Position numbers and translations under genes: made by a program
Part shown: piece after piece, positions 26,239 through 35,329 of the stretch
Layout: each line of letters opens with the position of its first letter
Numbering within the stretch: position 1 is the first letter of the stretch
NCBI GenBank assembly: GCA_963749875.1
Contig: CAVVOX010000002.1
Coordinates: 1,615,372 to 1,655,371, forward strand
Direction of reading: 5' to 3'
DNA: 40,000 nt
Source: an uncultured Alphaproteobacteria bacterium
Lineage (GTDB): Bacteria > Pseudomonadota > Alphaproteobacteria > Rhizobiales > Rhodomicrobiaceae
The notes under the pieces: model-generated
Database searches by the model: none
What the model saw: the letters and a program-made list of their open reading frames with translations, nothing else
What the model was told of the DNA's origin: nothing

Positions 26239-27353
26239 TGCGGCCCTCGAGCCGTCATGCGCCTGTCGAGCAGACCAAAGAGTTCTTGGAACCGCCGGTC
26301 GAACGAGTGATTGACGGCGAGATGCGAGCGGGTCTGCAGGACGGCGTCCCAATAGGTCTCGGGATGTTCGAGCGCATCGGTGAGATGTGCGGCCAGATCA
26401 TCGCCAGGGACAAGCTTGAGAGCGGCGGGACCGTACACGGCTTCGACAAAGTCGCGGGGCAGCATCAGGACCGGCAGGCTGTCCGCATAAAATGTCTCGA
26501 AAGTCCGCACTGTCACCATACCGAGATGCCTAAAGAGCGGGCGGTGAAAGACGGGAGCGAATTTGGCCTTACTAAGGTGTCCGGCCGCGTTATCATGACT
26601 GCAGCCATCCCAGATGTCGACGTCCAAATCGGCAAGAAATGCCGGGTCCGTATCAATACCCATGATGCCGAGTTCAATGGCCCAATCCGGCCGCGCGCCC
26701 CAATCCCAGCCGATCAGGCAGGCCCGGCCAACCGTCTCGCGGACGGGCGCATAGCGTTCGAGAAAACTCCGTATCTGGTCCCAGCGCTGCCAGTTGCTGC
26801 CGACATACATAACGCCATAAGGCTTTTCGGCGGGCCCGGCTTTGCTCCATGCGGCGGCGGCTTCCCTGGCGCTGTCATAATTTCTTACAACGGCACTCGG
26901 GTCATAGCCGTGGAAGAGGAATGATTCCACATCCGGCCGAATGGGCTTAAGCGCCGGCTGCAATATTGTGTTGGATACGGAGCGGAAAGCCTCTTCCCAT
27001 TCCCAGCCAAGATGTCCATCCAGCTTCTCGAGATGGTTGAAGTCATGCTCCAGCCGGATCGTATCGTTGTAACGTCCCCATAGGTCCACAACAACGCGCT
27101 TGTCACGCGGGACACTATCGAGCAATCGCGCGAGCTCGGGCATATCGGGCAAATCGGAAGGCACCTGGATCACGAACAGCGCCAGATCCACATCGCTGAT
27201 ATCTGTCGTGAAAGTCATGGAGGGCAGCTCTGGATCGGGCTCCCCGTAGACGGCGATGTCGTAGCCCAGTTCCCGGCCGGCGCTCACATATTTGTCGATG
27301 GTGGATACGCTCCGGACCCAAGGCTCCACCGAGGTCACAAGCAGGATCTTCAA
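26235..27353 (-). CDS. CgeB-like glycosyltransferase, paralog 3
   Basis: TTG start at 27353 (GGAGG RBS) overlaps the stop of the epimerase gene (TTGA). Its stop overlaps the paralog 2 ATG (ATGA). Motifs VDLWGRYN, YVGSNWQRW, RPLFRHLGMVTVRTFETFYADSLPVL and EHPETY. Confidence 0.6.
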   Translation of the reverse strand: MKILLVTSVEPWVRSVSTIDKYVSAGRELGYDIAVYGEPDPELPSMTFTTDISDVDLALFVIQVPSDLPDMPELARLLDSVPRDKRVVVDLWGRYNDTIRLEHDFNHLEKLDGHLGWEWEEAFRSVSNTILQPALKPIRPDVESFLFHGYDPSAVVRNYDSAREAAAAWSKAGPAEKPYGVMYVGSNWQRWDQIRSFLERYAPVRETVGRACLIGWDWGARPDWAIELGIMGIDTDPAFLADLDVDIWDGCSHDNAAGHLSKAKFAPVFHRPLFRHLGMVTVRTFETFYADSLPVLMLPRDFVEAVYGPAALKLVPGDDLAAHLTDALEHPETYWDAVLQTRSHLAVNHSFDRRFQELFGLLDRRMTARGPQ

Positions 27354-28339
27354 CGTCCGCCTCCACTCGCCACCGCAGTCATGGGCTCGCGGGCAAACAC
27401 GTCGCCACCCTGCCGGATCGTTTCTTTAAGGCCGTCCTCGAAACTTGTCTGCGGCGCCCACCCGAGGACCGCTTGTGCCTGGCTGATATCGGCCTGCACT
27501 CTGCGCTGTTCGCCTGGACGCGCCGCCGCCCGAATGATCTCATATTCGCCGGGCTTATAGCCGTATGCCGCAATCGCCCGTTCAGCCAGTTGGTTGATGG
27601 AAAGGGAATGGCCACTCCCCAGATTGAACACGCCGCCGGTTGCTTCGGGCGTGTTCAACGCGCGGACCCAACCCTCGACGATATCGTCGATAAAGACGAA
27701 GTCGCGCGTTTGCTCGCCGTCACCGAAGATCGTGATGGGCTCGCCGCGTTGGAGCTTGCCGAGAAAGATGCCGAGCACCCCCTGATACGGATTGTCCCAG
27801 GCCTGCCCGGGGCCAAAAACGCTGAACATCCGCAGCGATGTTACACGAAATGGGAAGTCGACATCAGGCCGCACCGCCGTGGCATGGACATAGCGCTCAG
27901 CCGCATGCTTCGTGATGCCATAATAAGAGTCCGGCCGGCACGGCTCCAACTCCGGCGTCGGGACCGTCTGGCAATCGCCATAGATGGTCATCGAACTCGC
28001 ATAGATCAGCTGAGGAACTTTGTATTTCAGGCAGAGCTGGAGAACGTTGAGCGTGCCTTCGACATTCGTCCGCAAATCTGCGGCCGGGTTCTCAAATGAT
28101 CGAATGATCGAAACCTGACCGGCAATATGGCAGACGGCGTCGAGCCCCTCGGCGAAAACCGGTTCTATCTGTGGTATCTGGGTAACATCACCGCGAATAT
28201 ATGCCGCTTGCGGGGGAACGTTCTCTCTTTTGCCATTGTACTCATTGTCTACGACCGAGACGGAATGGCCGTCGGTCAGCAATCGCCGGGTTAGATGAGA
28301 CCCGATAAACCCGGCCCCACCCGTTATAAGTATTCTCAT
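27350..28339 (-). CDS. NAD-dependent nucleotide-sugar epimerase/dehydratase (GalE/UDP-sugar 4-epimerase-like)
   Basis: 329 aa with GGAGFIGSH, a catalytic YGITK (YxxxK) and SSMTIYG. First gene of the minus-strand glycosyltransferase operon. Confidence 0.85.
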   Translation of the reverse strand: MRILITGGAGFIGSHLTRRLLTDGHSVSVVDNEYNGKRENVPPQAAYIRGDVTQIPQIEPVFAEGLDAVCHIAGQVSIIRSFENPAADLRTNVEGTLNVLQLCLKYKVPQLIYASSMTIYGDCQTVPTPELEPCRPDSYYGITKHAAERYVHATAVRPDVDFPFRVTSLRMFSVFGPGQAWDNPYQGVLGIFLGKLQRGEPITIFGDGEQTRDFVFIDDIVEGWVRALNTPEATGGVFNLGSGHSLSINQLAERAIAAYGYKPGEYEIIRAAARPGEQRRVQADISQAQAVLGWAPQTSFEDGLKETIRQGGDVFAREPMTAVASGGGR

Positions 28340-28606
28340 TCAGCCGGTTCCTTTGCCAGTCGAATTCTCGAAAGCTGTCGCTTCAGCGATTGGGGGGCGG
28401 ACGCATGCGGTGCGAAGTCTATTGCCACAGCAACCATGAAACGTCTATGAATAATTGAATTCAAAAAGAGCGCGGATTGGCAACCAAGAAATTGTAACGC
28501 GATTAGTCACTTCGCCTACAAGAAATCAATTTAGGGTTGCGTTAAAGTTTAGGGCTCAACTTTCAAAATAGTCTAGAGCGATGGGCGATGGTAGTCATTT
28601 CTGACC

Positions 28607-29758
28607 ATGGAGAAATATGTGCCGAATAAACGTGTACTGATTACCGGGGGAGCCGGTTTTATCGGTTGCAATGCCGCCCGTTATTTCGGAATGCGGAACT
28701 GGAGCGTCACCGTCCTTGATAATCTTTCCAGACAAGGGACGGACAAAAATCTCCAATGGCTGAACGAAGGCACGAGCTTTGACTTCGAGCATGTCGACAT
28801 TCGAAATCGCCCGGCCATCGATCGCGTTTTTTCCGGGGGCCGGTTCGATGCGGTGCTTCATTTGGCTGCCCAGGTTGCCGTGACGACCTCGGTCACGGAT
28901 CCGGGCACCGACTTTGCCGTGAACGCATTCGGCACATTCAATATCCTCGACGCCATGCGGCTTCATTGCCCGGAAGCGGTGCTGATCTTCGCCTCGACGA
29001 ACAAGGTCTACGGCAAGATCGCCGGCGCCACCTCCGAGCTCAGCGGCGACCATTATGCTTACAGCAACCGGCCGCACGGCATTGGCGAAAGTGAACCGCT
29101 CGATTTCCTTTCGCCCTATGGGTGCTCGAAGGGGGCGGCCGATCAATATGTCCTGGATTTCGCCCGAATCTATCAGATCCCGGCGACATCGTTCCGCCAG
29201 TCATGCATCTACGGCCCGCGTCAATTCGGCGTCGAGGATCAGGGCTGGGTTGCCTGGTTCGTCATTGCCTCGCTGCTCGGACGGGACATCACGATATTCG
29301 GCGACGGCAAACAGGTCCGCGACGTTCTTCATGTCGATGATCTCGTGCGCGCTTATGAAGCGGCCATTCTTGCACCGGAAAAGGTGACCGCCCAGGCGTT
29401 CAATATCGGAGGCGGCCCGCGTCAGGTCATGTCGCTCTTGGATCTGATCGGCTATTTGGAGGAAGCGCTGGGTCACAAAATTCCCTTGAAATGGGATAAT
29501 TGGCGCCCCGGCGATCAGCAAGTGTTCATCAGCGATATCCGAAAATTAGAAAAGGTTTTGAACTGGAGACCGGAGATCGACGTCAAAACCGGTATCGCGC
29601 AACTGATAGAGTGGGTCGATCGGAACCGCGCCGCCATTCAGACAATCGGGAACACGTTACAGTCGGCCCCGGTGCAGGCTGCAAACGGACCTAATCCGGC
29701 GATTGACGGCATGCCGACAGCTCCTCTTTTTACCTCTCGTCTGGAGCACCATGACTGA
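28607..29758 (+). CDS. extended SDR nucleotide-sugar epimerase, CDP-paratose 2-epimerase-like
   Basis: 383 aa with [27 protein letters not shown] and EDQGWVAWF, which is characteristic of the tyvelose/paratose epimerase subgroup. Its stop overlaps the next gene's start by 8 nt. Confidence 0.75.
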   Translation: MEKYVPNKRVLITGGAGFIGCNAARYFGMRNWSVTVLDNLSRQGTDKNLQWLNEGTSFDFEHVDIRNRPAIDRVFSGGRFDAVLHLAAQVAVTTSVTDPGTDFAVNAFGTFNILDAMRLHCPEAVLIFASTNKVYGKIAGATSELSGDHYAYSNRPHGIGESEPLDFLSPYGCSKGAADQYVLDFARIYQIPATSFRQSCIYGPRQFGVEDQGWVAWFVIASLLGRDITIFGDGKQVRDVLHVDDLVRAYEAAILAPEKVTAQAFNIGGGPRQVMSLLDLIGYLEEALGHKIPLKWDNWRPGDQQVFISDIRKLEKVLNWRPEIDVKTGIAQLIEWVDRNRAAIQTIGNTLQSAPVQAANGPNPAIDGMPTAPLFTSRLEHHD

Positions 29759-30797
29759 TCGAAAATCTGTACTTGTCACGGGGGGGGCTGGATTTTTAGG
29801 CTCGCACCTTTGTGAACGTCTCCTGTCCGATGGCCATGATGTCCTTTGCATCGACAATTTCTTCACTGGCCGGAAGCAGAACATTGAGCATCTGATCCAC
29901 AATCCGCGGTTCGAGCTGATCCGGCACGATGTGACGTTTCCGCTCTATGTCGAGGTTGATCAGATCTACAATCTCGCCTGTCCGGCCTCGCCGATCCACT
30001 ATCAGCATGATCCCGTACAGACGACCAAGACGAGTGTCATTGGCGCGATCAATATGCTGGGACTGGCAAAGCGGCTCAAATGCCGGGTCTTCCAGGCCTC
30101 CACCTCCGAGGTTTACGGCGATCCGACGGCTCATCCGCAAACCGAGGCCTATTGGGGCAATGTCAATCCGATCGGCCCGCGTTCCTGCTACGATGAAGGC
30201 AAGCGCTGCGCCGAGACCCTGTTTTTCGACTATTACCGGCAGCATCGGCTCGAAATCAAGGTTGCACGGATCTTCAATACCTACGGTCCGCACATGCATC
30301 CGAATGACGGCCGCGTCGTGTCGAATTTCATTGTCCAGGCCTTACAGAATGAACCCATAACCATCTATGGCGATGGCAACCAAACGCGGTCATTCTGCTA
30401 TGTCAGCGACATGATCGAGGGCTTCATACGATTGATGAGCAGTCCCGCGGACCTTACCGGGCCGATGAACCTTGGCAATCCGAACGAGTTCACAATCAAT
30501 CAGCTCGCCGATCTGATTATCGAGATCACAGGATCCAAGTCGAAACTCATTCACCTGACATTGCCTCAGGACGACCCGAGACAGCGTCAGCCCGATATTA
30601 CCAGTGCTACGCAGCATCTCGGTTGGACGCCGAGCGTCTTGCTTCGCGAAGGGCTGACGCAGACGATCGAGTATTTCGACAAGGTGCTTTCGACGAAAGC
30701 CTCGGTGCATCATACCGTTCGAAACGCGGCGAGTATCGCGCAGTTTCGGCCCCTCGCCGGAGCGCAAGCCGCCAGAATGAGTCCGGGACAAGGCTAA
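29751..30797 (+). CDS. UDP-glucuronate decarboxylase (UDP-xylose synthase)
   Basis: The inner ATG at 29751 gives [62 protein letters not shown] and YDEGKRCAE are textbook UXS motifs. Has a C-terminal extension of about 30 aa. Confidence 0.9.
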   Translation: MTDRKSVLVTGGAGFLGSHLCERLLSDGHDVLCIDNFFTGRKQNIEHLIHNPRFELIRHDVTFPLYVEVDQIYNLACPASPIHYQHDPVQTTKTSVIGAINMLGLAKRLKCRVFQASTSEVYGDPTAHPQTEAYWGNVNPIGPRSCYDEGKRCAETLFFDYYRQHRLEIKVARIFNTYGPHMHPNDGRVVSNFIVQALQNEPITIYGDGNQTRSFCYVSDMIEGFIRLMSSPADLTGPMNLGNPNEFTINQLADLIIEITGSKSKLIHLTLPQDDPRQRQPDITSATQHLGWTPSVLLREGLTQTIEYFDKVLSTKASVHHTVRNAASIAQFRPLAGAQAARMSPGQG

Positions 30798-31187
30798 TCC
30801 CAAACGCAGTCGTGAAGGAGGAACCAGGCAGTAGGCGGCAAGCCGCGTCGTAAGCCTTTATCGTGGGGCCGCTGGCGGAGCCCATCGGCTTTGGCAGCGC
30901 GATGCCGCCCATCGCTTTCGGGATGTCACCGGCAGGGCAGTGCGCTTGATAGAAAGTGCTGCCTGCCGCCAATGGCTCGTCTCGGCCTGCATTGGAGACC
31001 GTGACATTTCACCGGACAAATCGTTGAACAGCTAAACAAAACCGATTGCATCCCAAGATTTTTCGCGACGCATTTCCGTTCAAAGGACCTCATAGCTCAC
31101 ACTCGATAAGCCCAAATTTCACTTCGATAAAACTTCGCAATCAGAGGCAACTGTGCAGGCGTCAGTATCTTAGTTCAAGGACGTGAA

Positions 31188-32453
31188 ATGTCTTCGTTGT
31201 GGGCTCGGTTAAAAACCTTCGGGATTTATGTGCTGGTTCTCGTCTCAACGATCGTAGCCCTGGACACTATTCTGTTTTTTAGCCTCGATAATGAAATTAA
31301 TTCTGACTTCCCGGGCTACAGGGAAGGTTTTTACGTCGAAGAACATATCGGCAAAGGCTACCCACTTTATTACTTTGAAAAGCATCCCGAACGTGGCTTC
31401 GACATAAAACCAACATCGACGCCGCGAACAGATCAAATTCACGAAATGACCGATGACTATTCGTATCCAGTATGGTCGAATAAACTTGGATGTTTCGATA
31501 CACCCGTCGACAAGCCGAAGTCTCCGTTCTGGTATATGGCGGGTGATAGCATCATTTGGGGGCACGCCAAGTTCGAAACTCTGATGGGAACACGCCTGGA
31601 GAAGGCATTGGGCATTGAAATACTACAATGCGGTGTCACCCATACGGGACAGCGACATCAGTTCTCCAAGTTCCTGGACATTACGAAGAAGCTTGGTCAA
31701 TGGCCGGACCTCGTCCTCGTCTTTTACTCACCGACCGATACGGCGAATGACTATCTCTATCCCCATACGACTGTCGTGAACGGCGGCTTGGCGGACACGA
31801 AGAAGCTCACTCGCGAAAACGACATCGTCACGCTCGACGACGGCTGGTACAAAAGATTTATTGAGGATCACGATCATTTTTCCATGTCGCGTTTCCTCAT
31901 GACGTTCTCTATGACGGCTCAAATATTCAATGCCGGACTTCACAAAATACGGCATTGGATACCTTGGTCGAAACAGTATATCGGCACGCTCGGAGTTGAA
32001 CCGGGGCTACCGTGGTATGACAAGTATTTTCTTTACAAAGGACAACGGGTTTACGACCTCCATAGAATGACCATATACCAAACTCAAAACGGACGGATGA
32101 AATATGAGAATTATAAATTTGCGAACAACAACAAAGAAATAATTAGAGAGTGGCGCGACCATGCCATTAAAAATAATTATAAGCTTGTTTTCGTCCTTAT
32201 GCTTCCCGGTCCATCCTGGTTTATCGATGCAGAAAACAATAGGAATGATTTTTATAAGGAACTAAGAGAATATCTAGACAATATAGGTGTGAAATACTTT
32301 GATATGGTCGATGAAGTGACAAAACGTGATATTGAAATAGATGATCTAATGTGGGAAACAGACATCCACATGTCTGAATATGGCAACAAGGTCGTGGCCA
32401 ACATCTTGCTCGAATTGTTAGGCAAGAAATCATATGCTGAGCAGAAACAATAA
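31188..32453 (+). CDS. membrane-anchored SGNH/GDSL-like hydrolase or polysaccharide O-acyltransferase-like protein, AT-rich
   Basis: 421 aa. Has an N-terminal TM (FGIYVLVLVSTIVALDTILFF), a block-I-like YMAGDSIIWGH and a C-terminal ETDIHMSEYGN (Asp/His pair). AGGA RBS. Hand-counted 60-nt lines give 20/60 and 23/60 G+C. Confidence 0.5.
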   Translation: MSSLWARLKTFGIYVLVLVSTIVALDTILFFSLDNEINSDFPGYREGFYVEEHIGKGYPLYYFEKHPERGFDIKPTSTPRTDQIHEMTDDYSYPVWSNKLGCFDTPVDKPKSPFWYMAGDSIIWGHAKFETLMGTRLEKALGIEILQCGVTHTGQRHQFSKFLDITKKLGQWPDLVLVFYSPTDTANDYLYPHTTVVNGGLADTKKLTRENDIVTLDDGWYKRFIEDHDHFSMSRFLMTFSMTAQIFNAGLHKIRHWIPWSKQYIGTLGVEPGLPWYDKYFLYKGQRVYDLHRMTIYQTQNGRMKYENYKFANNNKEIIREWRDHAIKNNYKLVFVLMLPGPSWFIDAENNRNDFYKELREYLDNIGVKYFDMVDEVTKRDIEIDDLMWETDIHMSEYGNKVVANILLELLGKKSYAEQKQ

Positions 32454-32629
32454 GGCATCAATTATTTGAACAGAATTTAAAACTTGATTTGATTAAGGCG
32501 GCCTTTTGAGCTCATCTTCATTAGAAATGCCGCGCAAACGCCAGTGACGGTACGGGCGGCAGTCCCGGGCCTTATAATGTTGACTGCTTCCACCTCACAT
32601 TGACCGCTATTTCCCTGGGCGCAAAACTG

Positions 32630-32641
32630 ATATATTAATAT
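32630..32641. promoter_or_regulatory. AT-rich palindromic motif ATATATTAATAT upstream of the GntR gene (candidate operator)
   Basis: The identical 12-mer occurs on the opposite strand at 36422-36433, in the dctP/MBL divergent region. The core ATATTAATAT is a perfect palindrome. Confidence 0.35.
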
Positions 32642-32666
32642 TGAGAGTTCAACATGATAGCGCCTC

Positions 32667-33404
32667 ATGACCATTCCATCCGCCGACCGTTTGAATGAAA
32701 ACAATCAGGAGAAGCAACTCCTGCTACCCGATATCCGGATCGATCGGAAGCAGGCCGCTGCCGCGCAGGTCTATGATCACCTCCGATCGCTCATCGTTTC
32801 GCTTGCCATACCGCCGGGCTCGCAATTGCCGCGCGCCTTGCTCGCAGAGCGGTTCGGCGTCAGCCAACAGCCGATCAGAGAGGCGCTTCTCAAGCTCGAA
32901 GAAGAAGGCCTCGTCGATACCTATCCGCAATCATCCACGAAGGTCTCAAAGATCGATCTCCAAAATGTGCATGAGGCGCAATTTCTGCGCATCGCGGTCG
33001 AGCTCGAAGTCGTTCGCACGCTGGCGAGCCAGGCCGACCGGCTGGATTTCTTCCCTATCGAGATGCTGATCACGCAACAGGAACGGCTCCTGCAGCGGGG
33101 GGATATCGCGGCTTTTGCCGAAGCGGACCGCGAGATGCACCGGACGATGCTCGACCTTGCCGGCGTGCCGGGCCTTTGGAGCGTGATCCGCAGCCGCAGC
33201 GGACATCTCGACCGGCTGCGCAACCTTCATCTGCCGACACCGGGCAAGGCGCGCAGTGTCGTCGAAGAGCACAAGCGTTTCTTCGACGCCATTGTGGCCG
33301 GCGACCCGGCCGCGGCGCAGGACGCCCTGCGCAGCCATCTGTCGGGCACCATCGCCAGCGTCGAAGACTTGCGGAGCCGCCATCCGGATTATCTGACCGG
33401 CTGA
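32667..33404 (+). CDS. GntR family transcriptional regulator (FadR/FCD subfamily)
   Basis: 245 aa with an N-terminal winged HTH (LPRALLAERFGVSQQPIREALLKLEEEGLV) and an all-helical C-terminal FCD-like domain. Confidence 0.85.
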   Translation: MTIPSADRLNENNQEKQLLLPDIRIDRKQAAAAQVYDHLRSLIVSLAIPPGSQLPRALLAERFGVSQQPIREALLKLEEEGLVDTYPQSSTKVSKIDLQNVHEAQFLRIAVELEVVRTLASQADRLDFFPIEMLITQQERLLQRGDIAAFAEADREMHRTMLDLAGVPGLWSVIRSRSGHLDRLRNLHLPTPGKARSVVEEHKRFFDAIVAGDPAAAQDALRSHLSGTIASVEDLRSRHPDYLTG

Positions 33405-33429
33405 GCCTGCCCGGCAAGGTGCGTGGTCC

Positions 33430-34710
33430 CTACATCAGCAGGTCCGGCAGGAACAGCACCGTCTTCGGGACCAGCCCCATCACGATGAACAGGATCACCA
33501 TGGCGATGATGAACGGGTAGGACGCCCGCACGAATTGCCCGAAGCTCACCTTCAGGATGCCCGAGACGGTGTACATGATGACTCCGATGGGCGGGGTGTT
33601 GCCGCCGAAGGTGATCAGGACCGTCATGATGACGCCGACATGGACCGGATCGAAGCCTTGTGCCGTCAAGGCGGGAAGAAGCAGGGGCGTCAGCAGCAGG
33701 ACATTGACGGTCGCCTCCATGATCATGCCGGCAACGAACAATGCGCCCAGCACGATAAGGAGCGTGGCATAGGGGCCGCCGCCGAAATTGGCCAGCCCTC
33801 GCGTGATTTCCTGCGGCGCCTGCTCGATGATGAAGGCGTGGCCCACGACGGCGGAGAGAATGATGATCAGCATCACCATGCCGATATCGATAACGGAGTA
33901 ATGCAACGCCTGGACAAAAGCCTTCCAGGTCAATTCCTTGTAAATGAAGACGCCGACGATGAGCGCATAAGCGACGACCACCGCGCCCGCCTCCGTCGCC
34001 GTGAAGAAACCGAACCGGAAGCCTGCGATCAGGAAGACCGGAAACATCAGGGCCCAGAAACATTCCCGGAAACTGACGGCCAGCTCCTTATAGGTCGGCT
34101 TTTCCGACAATTCGGGCTCGTAGCCATTCTGCTTGGCAACCATCCAGGTCACCGTCATCAGCGTCGCCGTCATCAGGATGCCCGGCACGATGCCGCCCAG
34201 AAGCAGGCGGCCGATCGAGACCTCGTTGACGAAGCCGAAGAGAATGAGGCCGATGCTTGGCGGGATGGTTGCGGTGATCACGGAGGAAAAAGCAATGACG
34301 CTGGCGGTAAAGCCTTTGGAGTAGCCGCGCTCGATCATGGTCGGACCGAGGAGCCGCGCCTCCATCGCGGCATCGGCGACGGCCGCGCCCGAAATGCCGC
34401 CCATCAGGGCCGAAAGCACAACCGAGACCTGCGCCAGACCGCCAACCATCCAGCCCGTCAGCAGGCGGGCGAACCGCAAGAGCCGCTCGGTAATGCCAGT
34501 CGTGTTCATCAAATTCCCGGCAAGGATGAAGAACGGTACGGCAAGAAGCGGATAGGAGAGCGTCACACCATACATGCGCTGAAGCGCGACGGCGGGCGGC
34601 ATGTAATCGCTGACCAGAAAAACCGGGACCGAGGCGAACGCCAGCGCAAATGCGACCGGGATATTGATAAGAAGCAGGATGAAGAAGAGAACGCCGATCA
34701 GGAGGAGCAT
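33430..34710 (-). CDS. TRAP transporter large permease subunit (DctM family)
   Basis: 426 aa, polytopic, typical DctM sequence. Its start overlaps the DctQ stop by 1 nt (TAATG). Confidence 0.9.
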   Translation of the reverse strand: MLLLIGVLFFILLLINIPVAFALAFASVPVFLVSDYMPPAVALQRMYGVTLSYPLLAVPFFILAGNLMNTTGITERLLRFARLLTGWMVGGLAQVSVVLSALMGGISGAAVADAAMEARLLGPTMIERGYSKGFTASVIAFSSVITATIPPSIGLILFGFVNEVSIGRLLLGGIVPGILMTATLMTVTWMVAKQNGYEPELSEKPTYKELAVSFRECFWALMFPVFLIAGFRFGFFTATEAGAVVVAYALIVGVFIYKELTWKAFVQALHYSVIDIGMVMLIIILSAVVGHAFIIEQAPQEITRGLANFGGGPYATLLIVLGALFVAGMIMEATVNVLLLTPLLLPALTAQGFDPVHVGVIMTVLITFGGNTPPIGVIMYTVSGILKVSFGQFVRASYPFIIAMVILFIVMGLVPKTVLFLPDLLM

Positions 34711-35210
34711 TACATGACATCCCTCGGCGCGAGCGCTTCCTGTTCACCGATGCCTTTCCAGCGCATGACGAGCTGCTCGACGACCGTGACGAACATCAGA
34801 GCGAAGCCGACCGGGAGCGCCGCCGTTGCAATGCCCTCGCTCACGCCGACGATCGGCAGCGGCCGACCGCTGCTCAGCTCGGCGAATGTAATGCCGTAGC
34901 GGACAAAAAAGGCGAGCAATGCAAGAACGACCGCCGCGTTGAAGATCTCAAGGACGCGGCGTTTCGCCGGAGACAGAAGGTCGGCCAAGGCCGGCACGCT
35001 GAAATGTCCGCGGTGCTGAAGCGTGATGTCGGCGGCCAGCACGCAGAGCCAGACGAACATGGCCTGCGTCACTTCGATCGCCCAGATGACCGGCGAGCCA
35101 AGATAGCGCATCGCCGTGGCCACGAAGACGAGGGCGAATATGCCGATGAGCAGGCTCATCGCCGCTGCGTGTTCGATGCGGCGCAGCCATCGGAGTAAGC
35201 TGGGAATCAT
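34710..35210 (-). CDS. TRAP transporter small permease subunit (DctQ family)
   Basis: About 166 aa from the inner ATG at 35210 (MIPSLLRWLRRIEHAAA), with four TM segments. Lies between the DctP- and DctM-like genes. Confidence 0.8.
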   Translation of the reverse strand: MIPSLLRWLRRIEHAAAMSLLIGIFALVFVATAMRYLGSPVIWAIEVTQAMFVWLCVLAADITLQHRGHFSVPALADLLSPAKRRVLEIFNAAVVLALLAFFVRYGITFAELSSGRPLPIVGVSEGIATAALPVGFALMFVTVVEQLVMRWKGIGEQEALAPRDVM

Positions 35211-35329
35211 GGTTCTGCCTCTGCAAAGGGCATAATCGGCAGGCGCAGCTTCACGGCTCCGCATACCGCGGAAGAGAGGGCCTTGCCCAGAACAGCCGGC
35301 GGCCCTCTCCGCGATACCGGGTGCGGCTC

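Noticed and set aside
28466-28490. TGGCAA...AAATTG in the divergent promoter region, checked as a sigma-54 -24/-12 element. The GTTC-N-GTTC at 20003-20014 was also checked as an alphaproteobacterial SOS box.
   Set aside because: Spacing and conserved bases do not fit TGGCAC-N5-TTGC or GTTC-N7-GTTC.
30607-30972. Minus-strand ORF of 121 aa overlapping the UXS 3' end and the downstream gap. It was considered as a gene remnant such as ugd.
   Set aside because: Half of it is antisense to the confident UXS gene, and no motif of UDP-glucose dehydrogenase or any other family was recognised.
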